Shown here piece by piece: positions 50,601 to 61,664 of a DNA stretch of 64,000 nucleotides. The DNA is taken from the NCBI GenBank assembly GCA_964035545.1, contig OZ037766.1, forward strand, positions 14,064,722-14,128,721, written 5' to 3'. Both the position numbers and the translations under genes were made by a program. Position 1 is the first letter of the stretch. Every line of letters begins with the position of its first letter. The notes beneath the pieces are model-generated. The model was not told where the DNA came from. It worked only from the letters and a program-made list of their open reading frames with translations, and did no database searches. This DNA comes from Bugula neritina (taxonomy: Eukaryota; Animalia; Bryozoa).

Positions 50601-53600
50601 CCCACTGAGCAGAGTAGCTAGAAGTGCTTCAAGAATATTGCCTCTTCCTGATTATGTTCATTTTGGCTACACCTTTCAAGAAGTCTATGGATATAAGTAA
50701 GATTATTTGTTTTATATCAAAGCATACATGCCTGGTTGTTCATTTGATTTATTGTTTGTGCGCAATGTATGGTATTGATTTTACTTAATTTTGGTTGTTA
50801 TAGAAAATTTCAACATTTTTGCCAGCACCTACATTTGACAAGAGAATTTTATACTTCAAGAAAAAATATTTTGTATTTCTTTCAACTCTAAAGAAAGAAA
50901 TCAATTCCTATTTTATGGGGCAAATGACTTTTTGGTGTAAAAGTCCTGATGCAAAATTATAATTATTTTCTTTCTTATTTGTAAGGTGTCAACTTATATT
51001 ATGTTGAAAACCTGTAATGGTTTGAGATTGTCTAGCATCTTGCATATCAGGAAGTTTAACTAGATTATGTTCTGTTGGTTTCTGAGTGACGCTTGGCAGA
51101 GTCAAAAGCTCTTGAAAGTTTCCTCAAGTCTAAATTATGGAGAATCTTCAGTTTACTTTATAAATCTAACATTAACATGCATGGATTGGTAATAATTGTT
51201 AGCATGTTTCATCCGTATTACAGTTATTGTATTCTTATAATACTCTATAGATGCGACTGTAGTACAGGATATTCAGGACCTCTCTGTGAAGATTGCGCAA
51301 CTAGTTCCTACAAGATTGGAGAGGATTGTGTCGACTGTAACTGTTATAGTGATGCTGCTAATGCTCTAAATCAGTCGTGTGATGCAAGTGGCCAGTGCTT
51401 CTGCGATATGAGTAGACTTCAGCAAACTCAATACCCGAATAGAAAATGTGTAGGTTTTGATGCAAACCATTTAACTCTATAGAAAGTAGCTCCTAATTTA
51501 GCAGTTGTAATGTATTTAGTTTCGCTTAATACAAAGATGTCAATTTTAAAGCAGTAAAATATTCTGAAATTTCATTAAATTGCTTTTAGTTATATATTTT
51601 ATATTTATTCTCAACTCCGACAAAAAACTGCAGTAAACATTTTGTATTAATTATATAAAGATTTTATACCAAAATAGGTAATATTATGTTAATTTTATTT
51701 TCCCAGCACCCGTTTGTGAGCAGCATAAAACCCTCCTTTGGGCCCTTAGCCGGAGGTACTTTAATTACTATTACTGGAGGTTGGCTCAAAGATGTCCCGT
51801 ATGCCACTATAGGATTAGAAAAATGCTATGTCTTAGAAAACAGGTCAGCTTTACTTAATGTTGAATTGAAGCTTTTTCAGGTAGTGAAGTGTTTTGACAG
51901 CATAATATGAAGTTAGTATACCTCATAGACTTGAGTATACATTCAAAACCAGTTGTAGGTGTTCAAGACATTGAATTCTCAAATTTGTGAACTTACAAAA
52001 TAATAAAATTAGTTCACTTTTCTTATGATTTGTTTTTTTAAATGAATATAATTATATAATTATCTTGATTTTGCAAAAGAATTATGAATTGAGCTGTTGC
52101 TAGTTTTAGATCATGTTGATTTCTTTTTGTTTGAAACTAAATTCAAACTTTTGGCGCTGTGTGCGTATAGCAATATATACCATCTTTATTAGTTCACCGA
52201 CATATGCCCTTTCTTCAACAGTTGAATGCTCAGTCATCAAATGTTAAATATAAAAATCTACTATTTTAGGCTAGCTGTAATGTGTCTATCACTGCGTTTT
52301 CATCACTTCAGGTTATGCGAACGGATGTTTCAACCAATGTTTGGAAACAATTGCATAGAATGAAACCACAGTCATAAGTTCATGCAGGCCGAAACCCCAA
52401 ACCCCTATGTACAAGGATCTGTACATTTAAGCAAAGGAAATGCAGTGTATATAAAAATATGAGTCACCCACAATATGTAAGACTGAAGTTACTCTTCTAA
52501 ATTCTTGTTGTTGAGAAAACTTGTGTTTTTCTTTTAGCACACACACTGACTCTCAGTTTTCTTGTCTCACACCAGAAGCAAGTAGTCCAGCGTCGGTTAA
52601 AGTAAATGTGACAGACATTGATTCTACCACGACAAGATTTACGTACAAACCAAACCCTAACATCACCTTAATTGGCAGAGTAGAAGTTACCACAAGGTAG
52701 TTATGTTCTCCCATATTAAGCTTTAGTTTTTTTGTCGAGTGGAAGGTGAGTTCCTTCAACTTAAAAACATAAAGTTCAAATTTAAATCCAATTAAAAAAT
52801 CCACCATTGTGATTTGAAAGTTGCACTACTTTTGTTGTTTCTCTGAATATTTTTATAAAAAATCATACAAAGTTTTAGTTTATTAGTAGAAATTAATGCC
52901 ATTTGCAAAGTTTGTTTTAAAGTTTGAAAATCATAAATTGGTGGTTGTTTGTACTTTGATAACGAATAACATCTACTTATTCGTACAAGAATTTTCTGTA
53001 TATTTATATATTTTATATATATTATACATAATTTAATGTTATATGATAAATTGGGCTTCAAGTAGTTCTTAGCTTTATATTAGTTTATTCATCTTTACTG
53101 TGAACTGCCTGGCTAATATCCAGTCACGTTGGGTTGGGCTGAGACTAGGCCACAGGTACCCAAGCAGCAGTTTGTAAGATCATAGTGTGCTCATAGCCCA
53201 AGAGGGGGGTTTCTAAGAGGATAAAGGATCAGTATAAATATGCTGACTAAACTAACATCAGGTGTTACAAACAGCAACTTATCAGCTGCCAAACTATAGT
53301 TGATTTATAGTTTGCAAGTTGTGGGTATCTAGAAGATAAAACTGTATGGCAACTTTGTTTCTTGGTTACACTTGCAGTGACTGTAGGGGTTGTTGGAGAT
53401 TGCCACTTGCTGTGTGGAACTGCATGAACTCTGCAGTATCATCATATTAATTACATTTGTTGAAGAGAAGTAGATTTTGGTAAAACCTGAAAATGTTGTA
53501 TACTTTGTATATTCAATGCGTTTTATTTAATTTTGTAGCGGAGGTGTGGACATCCCCATAGCTGGTACAAATCTGGACTCCATTGCTAATCCCAAGATAC

Positions 53601-56600
53601 AGGTTACCATCATCTGTAAATCAACTAGTGAGGAGATCGCAACTCTCCAAGGGGTAAGTAATATCGTAATTAAATTTTAAACCTTTCATTTGATTTCTAG
53701 TTGGTCAAACTTGGTAGCCATTTAAACACATTCATAAGAATAAAAAAGGTTGTTGATTTCACTTGTTGACTACTAAAAGCTCAAACATTAAATACAAACA
53801 ACCCGTAGACAGCTTCAAACAACCAATCAATAGGCCAGGCTTATAAACACTCTGCTTAGCCTTTGTTCCTAGGTTTGGTGGTCTGAAAATAGATTTTCTC
53901 ATTCTGTTCAATTCTATTAAATGTCACACATTGAGAATCTAGAAGTTGTATCACAGCGCTCTATAATATTGTCTATTGTTAGAGCTGAAATTTTAACTTC
54001 AATATCATTGCAGTCACTTATGAGAGATTTTGTATAGTAAACTATATTTGTGAGAAGTATAAAATGACAAAGAAATACTTTGCTGTTTTTTTATATCAAC
54101 CCTTATGAATTCGATTTTTTGCTTGAGGCCTTCAAAGTTATGCTCATTAGTTGAATAAAATGTGGCTTGTAGAGTTCCATATTCTAGTATCATAAAAGTG
54201 AATAATGTAATTAGCTCTAATAATAGAGAGCATTTTGTAAAACCAATTAATGAAAAACAGTGAAATCTGAAAAGACAATATAACTGAAAAAATTAAAACT
54301 AGTAAATATTGATTAATAACATTCCGATGTAAAATACTGAAGTATTTGGTACACTTCTTTCATGCTAAATCTTTTAGTATAAAGTGTAAAGCACGAACAT
54401 GTTCAGGTATTTCAAACTGCATACTAGAAACTGATGTTAGTTGGTGCTGTGCTATATAACATATCTTGTATAGCAATGTTGAATAATATATGTTTAGTAA
54501 TGTAATGTAACAGCAACCATATTTTTTAAATATATTGCCAATTGCTAAAAAAATTGTAGAAACATACTGTATCGAATGAATAAAATAAAAAAGCTAAAAT
54601 TTTTTTTAACCATTTATGTATCCTGTGTATCGTATTACAGTGAGCATGTGTGTGTCATATTTAGGATTGCAAGGCTTTAGACTCTCAGAACATGAACTGT
54701 AAAAGTCCCGACTTTACTGGCTCCCTTCAGAATAGTCGCTGTGTTGCCAGCCCGAGTGGGAGGAGGAAGAGGGCCGCGGGAGACAACTCTGACCTCTACG
54801 AGTTCTCTATTGGCTTTGTGTTGGACGGCGTGGAGGAGTTTGAAAAGGCTAAAGACTCTCCTTGGCTCGAAAAGACATCTCAAATGGTGGTGCAGCCCAA
54901 CCCTGTTGTCTTGCAGTTCAGTGAAAGCAACAGAATCCGAGTTGTTAAGTCTGACCATCAACAACTGGAAATTTCTGGCCAGAACATGGAGTCAGGTTAG
55001 TTGATGATCTTCTGTGACTCGAGTTTAAATAATTAGCCAACGGCTATCAGGTTTTCACTGGGATATTCAATTCTAGGCACAGTAATTCAAGACTATATGG
55101 TTAAGATTGGAGTTGGGAACTGCACTACTGCTGTCTTATATCACAACCTGTTAAAGTGCGAAATGCCTGCTCAGCTGCCTGAGGCTGGTAATGATTGGGT
55201 CGCCAGTCCATACGATGAACAAGTGAAAATACCAGCAGTTGTGGTGAGTCTTACCCATTCCCATTGTACAAATGCTAGTTACTATCTTTTGCTGCAATGC
55301 TTGTGTTGGCCATTAATCCTTCATCAATGAGTTGTTATGATTGCATTGATACTTCACCAAGAAGTACCACTTATATAAATGTGCAAAAAATAATCTAATC
55401 ACCTATTAAGGTTACTGGCATAAAGCCACCAACTAAAATAAAACTTTATTAGCAAAGCTGTATTCAGCTAAAGTTTAGTAACTTTAGAATTAAATGAACT
55501 TTCTTCACACTGACATTCAATAAAGTTAGTGAGCATTTACAGTATGGAGCTAGTGTTGCCATATTCAAACAACACTTTCTTGTATCAAAGAACATATGAG
55601 ACTTTTTCAAACAACTATTTCATGGCCATTTATTCATTGTCCTTTGCTGTCTCTAAAAGGAGCAAATAGATTGTAGTATCATGTGTTACAGGTAACCGTT
55701 GGAAACATACACACCCAGGTAGGCTACTTAGTGGAAGAACCTGTGATGCAGCCGCAGAAAGGACAACATGTAGCCACAGCAGTTGCAGTACCTGTTGTAG
55801 TGGTGTCTCTTCTAGTAATCTGTGGAGTGGCAATATTTATAATTGTACGCAGAAAGCAACATATCCAAGTGAAGAAAATAAATAGCTCAATGAAAATGTC
55901 AACAAGATACGTTCATGGTATGTATGACCAAAGAATATTATATTACATTATATCATATTATAGCATACTATGCTATGCTATATTATATTATATTATATTA
56001 CATTTTATTATGTAATATTGTATTATAGTACATTGCATTATATTGTATTATACTATATTATATTACATTATATTATATTATTTTATACTACATTATATTA
56101 TGTTATACTATATTGTATTATATTATATTTTATTATCATCTATTTTTATTATTTAATATTACATTATATTATGTTATATTGCAATATAATATACTGTAGT
56201 ATATTATATTGTATTATATTATACTGTACTATGTTATCTCATACTACATTATATTATATTATACTGTACTATGTTATCTCATACTACATTATATTTTATT
56301 GTATTATATTATATTTTATTATATTATATTATATTATATTGTATTATATTATATTATACTGTACTATGTTATCTCATACTACATTATATTACATTGTATT
56401 ATATTATATTATATTATATTGTATTATATTGTAGGTCCTCAAGGCAAAGGATTTGGTGCAGCTAGTGATCCTTTTGATTCAGAATATATGGAGCAGCTTC
56501 AAGATCGGCTAATTCCCCGAGAACACTTAAAGTTGGGAAATGCATTAGGTCAAGGTCAATTTGGCAAGGTCTTTGCTGGGTCACTTGAAATGAAAAGTGG

Positions 56601-59600
56601 GTTAAAAAAGAAAGTGGCAGTAAAGACAATGAAAAGTAAGATTTTTTGCTAGCTAAAGTTACATTTATATAGCAGTGTACAATCCTTTTATTGCAAAAAT
56701 GCATTGTCGTAATATTTATGTCCTACAACACATTCTATTGTGTTAGAAATAACTAAAAAGCTCTTTGTTGTCATGGAGAAATTCAAGAAGTAGTTATAGC
56801 TCTAAATTATTTTCTAATCTCGTCAACAGTTTTCTACTCATGTGTCACAGCTTTAGTCATTATATTTTATATTTAGCTAAAGTGTTAGAATACAAACGTC
56901 ACTGGATAGCTGCCATATTGGTATGTAATTGAACTGATATTTTATTAAAATTTCTAGCTGATCTTCTCCTTACTGATGTTAAAGCTGTACCTAACTTTCT
57001 ACAAGAAGCTGTTTTGATGAAGGACTTTGACCATCCTAACGTCTTGGCCCTGATAGGGGTGGTGCTGAATGAAGAGAACATTCCCATGGTTGTCATTCCA
57101 CTGATGGTCAAAGGAGACTTGAAGAAAGTACTCCGAGATGAGAATGAAGTATGTTCTCTCCTTTGTAACATGAGTTGAATGGAAGACAATTACATATTGT
57201 CACTTAGTGAATGTCACAGTTATGATTAGTTGAATAAATTTTTAGAATCCGCTTTTAGAAACTCGAGTGATGCTTTTATTTTGACAGCTGACCATAAAAA
57301 CTCCAAAAGCATAATTCACAAAATAATAAAATTGTTGCTATACAAAGATTAAACAGTGGTGATTTTTTTAGAGTCAGCTATTGATAATACTTTACAATGA
57401 CGCTATAATATGACATCATGATAAGAAATGTTTTTCTATCTTCCAACTTTTGTTTTCACGTGCAGGGTTTCGTGGTTGGAGATCTATTGCACTTTGGGCT
57501 GCAAGCTGCATCTGGAATGAGCTATTTAGCTGAGAAGAATTTTATACACCGAGATTTGGCAGCTAGGAACTGTATGGTTGATGAGCAATATCTGGTGAAG
57601 ATAGCGGACTTTGGCTTGTCACATGACATTTACGGGGAGGATTATTACAGAGTGCAGGACAAGACTAAGCCACTTCCTGTTAAGTGGATGGCGTATGAGA
57701 GCCTTACAAGTGGCAAATACACCGTGCAGTCTGATGTGGTAAATTATTTCGCTGATAATTTATAATTTAGTACCTATTAACTATGGGCTACCAAATTGCT
57801 AGTTGAAAATTGTTTTATTGCATGATCACCAAAATAGGCTATTTTCTTTTTATTTTATTTTTGTAAGCATATTATTTCATTTCACATACTCATAGATCGA
57901 TTATAAGTTGTTGGTCATCAAAATTGATATCACACTGTCACTGAATATGAACTTTTCTATGATACTTGCATGTATGCATAGAGAGATAGAGAGAGTTGGA
58001 ACTTGGCAATTGTACAAAAACTAAAGTGTATAATAAGTTGCATAATGTTAATATTATTTTGTTGAAAGTCCAATTTTTAAAGCAGCATAATTTGATTTCT
58101 CAAACAGTAACAAGATTTTCAGGGACTCCACTAAAAACAAATGTCAGATCAAAGTCTGGGTCTTTTACAATCTTTACCTTTTCAATAAGTTATGACTTAT
58201 CTTTGACACCTCATCACTTGCTTACACTCTAATTCAGCACATCATGTCAACTCAAAGCACTTTTGTGGGTATCAAAGGATAAATGTTGAGATACATTCTT
58301 TGAATCATGATCATTTGTTGACCAACAACGCAATTGCCAGGCTATATTTCACTTGCTAATACAGCTCTGGAAAGTTTTCCTTGTTAAATCCAGGAATTCA
58401 TTATTAGATTGTTATTGCGTTAACTTGTGATACATGTTTTGATAAATAGGAAAGTAAATAGTCAGCAAATATTTCTAAATGCCAGTAATGTTTTCTACTT
58501 TGTTCCTTGTCAACAATTGCTATCAACAAACTGCTAGTAAAGTTATGTTCAACTTCACTACCCACACCAAGCTTGACTTGATAATTTCAAAGAAATGAAT
58601 ATTGGGCTGCAACAAATCTACATTAGAATTAGAAAAATATTTTTTCACAGTAGTAAGCAAGTTTAACAAGTTGAATGACTGAAGGCTGTAGAGCATCTCA
58701 TCTGTGATAATTGGTACATTCGTTGCAGTGGTCATACGGAGTGCTTTTGTGGGAAATACTAACGAGAGGAGAGACCCCTTATCCAGGAGTTAACAACTAC
58801 GAAATTAAAGATTTTCTCAAGATTGGCAAAAAACTGGATAGACCAAGTTTCTGCCCTGATGAAGTGTATGTTGCCTATCCTAAATGTGATTTTAAGATAA
58901 TTGCTATTTTTATCTTATGCAGATAAAATGCTGTTGCAAAGTTATAAAACCTAAAATATATTGACTGAACACATTGTATTTTATAAGGAATGACAGATTC
59001 CAAGAAAACAACAATTCAATTAGTTAACAACAACTGTTTTCAAATATATGCTGTATTTAAGAGAGAAATAAATTATGTGATTAGCATGTATGTGGCTTAT
59101 TTGTACTGCAACTGATGCTTAGGTATGACTTGATGTGTCAATGCTGGGACTTGAGACCTTCTGATCGCCCAAAATTCTCCAATATTTGTGAGCTGCTGGT
59201 ATCATTTATGCACTCTGATGGTGAATATAGCCGGCACATTACCAGTCAGATAGAAGATGATTACCTCGTGCAAACCTTTGCGGAAGAAGATAGTCCCATG
59301 TTCAGTGAACCAGCTTCTGAGTAAGTACTCTTTACAGTGAAATAACAGAGAAAAATAGAGCAAACTTGAACTGAACATGAGTTAATGTAAGCTGCAGATA
59401 GTAATGTCTGAACTCTCTGCACCATATTGCAGTGATGAGCATGTGCAGTAGTTTACTATTGAATATTGACTGATATTATTTGTGTACAAGATTCATTTAA
59501 TACTTCATTCTTGCTATAACTACAGATATGCACCTTTGCTCCAGGACAGGTAATGGCTCTTCTTGACTTTTTTGATTATGCAACAATCAATCTTGTGTAA

Positions 59601-60835
59601 TAATTTTCAAAATAGCTAAAAAGATTTCAAGGCTGCCTAAATTTGGCACTTCTTTATGTCATATCGCAACTGGCTATTAACACAATGTTATATAATAACT
59701 TTTCTGAATAAGTTTGTGTTATTATATTAGTAGAATTCTATACTAGTAATATACTTTTTGGCGTATGCCAAACACTGTATTAGTTAGAAGCAGCTCAGGT
59801 GATCTAGTCATACTAAAAGTGATTGGTGACGGATGAAAGTGTTGTTGATCAACTTCGATTACTGCATGTGCTCATTGATTTCACTTTTATTTTCCGCTTT
59901 AGAAGCTAATTCAATAATAAAATGAACTGATTCTATAAAGGATTTGTTCAAACACCACTTCGCTTTGTTTCAAGCAATTTTTGTAGTTGAAGATAGCAAG
60001 TGGAATTATTATATTTTCAAATACTAGAAGCAAGAGGTGCATACCGGTTTTGTATTTCACCAGTTTGTTGCTGGTCTTGTATGTATTACATGCTAATTTA
60101 GCTGAATTGTCGTTCAACCTGTGTGCATGTGTGCGTGTGTATACGAATGTGTGCATGTGTGTGCGTGTGTATTGTATTATTGTGGGTTGGGAATGAGATG
60201 AGCTTATTAGTCAAAACTTAAGATGTTCACTCAAAGTACACCCCAACCAAAAACTGTTACAGTGCCAGCAATGTTTTTATTAATATATTGGGTTTTTCAA
60301 TTTAGAAAAAGATTTTTTAAATGATATATGTTAACTAAAAGTATGACATTCCTGTTATATTTAAAATAAACTAAGTTTTAGCAGTTAATCTAAAAAATAA
60401 AACCAATATTGAAATCTATAAATATTGTATGTACAATTGGTGGCATGCCAGAACTTTAACAACATTGGTTGTTGTAGCTATGACATTGCTGAACCAGTAT
60501 TTGCTGCTCCTGGTAACCCAACCACTTCCAATGACCAATCGTCGCTGAACAAAAGCAACAACAACAGTAACAGATTCTCTCAACCATCTGAAAGAACGAC
60601 TGTTAAAAGGGTTACTAGTGACAACGACTACTTGCAGCCAACGCTCTCCTTAAAGAAACCCAACTCTGCCCTTTCTCTCACTGGTGTTGAAGGCTCCATT
60701 ACATCAAATGGTAAATCTGTTGGCTATAGCAAAAAAGGAAGTAATAATAAATCTGAAAAAATGAATCTGACTGGCATGAAACTTGCTAATCAAGCAGAAA
60801 GAAGCAAGCCTAATCCTTATTTACACGTGTTTTAA
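44695..60835 (+). CDS. Receptor tyrosine kinase, MET/RON (HGFR/MST1R)-like kinase and IPT domains with an usherin-like LamG + laminin N-terminal + laminin-EGF ectodomain; ~1460 aa
   Basis: 21 coding exons totalling 4383 nt, in frame: 44695-45146, 46684-46876, 47161-47315, 48668-48953, 49078-49262, 49695-49898, 50505-50696, 51251-51449, 51707-51843, 52538-52696, 53539-53653, 54665-54995, 55077-55243, 55692-55917, 56435-56635, 56958-57148, 57466-57738, 58729-58865, 59123-59320, 59526-59549, 60478-60835. Signal peptide [28 protein letters not shown] motifs [16 protein letters not shown] and [43 protein letters not shown] followed by RRK. Kinase motifs [69 protein letters not shown]. Confidence 0.93.
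55935..56431. repeat. (ATATT)n-type degenerate pentanucleotide microsatellite filling an RTK intron
   Basis: ~500 bp of TATTA/TATAT/TACTA pentamers between exons 55692-55917 and 56435-56635; source of the Y/I-rich spurious ORFs. Confidence 0.95.
56435..59320 (+). CDS. MET-family tyrosine kinase domain exons (sub-region of the RTK)
   Basis: Catalytic Lys, alphaC Glu, HRD and DFG are all present. Activation loop DIYGEDYY and LPVKWMA are MET/RON/AXL-type. Confidence 0.96.
60120..60171. repeat. Imperfect (GT)n microsatellite
   Basis: tgtgtgcatgtgtgcgtgtgtatacgaatgtgtgcatgtgtgtgcgtgtgta. Confidence 0.75.
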
Positions 60836-61664
60836 TATACATCTATTCATGCATGCAGTTTATTCCCATAGTTGCAGTTCAAAGTACATTTTATTCCACT
60901 TCCATAATTATATGCAGGTTTAAAACCTTCAGGTTTATTATTTTTCACAACACCATGTATGATCTTATATTATTTTTTCTGCCATTTTCTATGCACTGCT
61001 TTAATTTTACATCTGCAACGGGTTGGTTATTTTTTGAGCAATATGCATGCCTTATGTCTAACATATTTATACAAAATCATGATATTATGAAGAATAATTT
61101 TCAATGTATGTTCTATATTAAGTTTTAGCAGAATGCTAGGCTGCATAAAATTTCTCCATTAACTCTTATTTTGCTATTTCTTCATAATTGTCTTATTTAT
61201 ATCATAATCCAATCTTCAATATGTGCATTATACTTACAATTTTATTTTTATTTCAAAACCAATTTTTTTTTCATTCATATTTTGGTAAAAAACTTTTAGC
61301 AAAAGAATGTTGTGTTATTTTATAATTGCAAGATGATTTATTATACCTAAAAGAAAAACTATCAACAAAATATATATATTTTAAGCAAGCAATACTTTAC
61401 TAGTATTGAGCAGATTATAAGTCCTCACTCATAAGATACATTTTATTTAAGCTTCAGTCAATTATTAAACTGGCAGACCTGAAATCTTTAAAAGTACCAC
61501 TTGCTCTTGAAGTCATTGCATTATACCAAAACAACCAGCTATTTATTGCTTTTCACTTTCGTTGCTGCACATAGTTTTTTTTGATGCATTTGAGCCCAAA
61601 TTAACCACAACACATGGCATTGTGCAAGAAACTCTTATATGTAACAGAGTTAAGCCAATTATAG

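Noticed and set aside
55970-56434. Tyr/Ile-rich ORFs
   Set aside because: Artefacts of the (ATATT)n intronic microsatellite.
59432-59472. C-box/D-box-like motifs (GTGATGA...CTGA) suggesting an intronic snoRNA
   Set aside because: Only ~40 nt apart, with no convincing terminal stem or recognisable guide.
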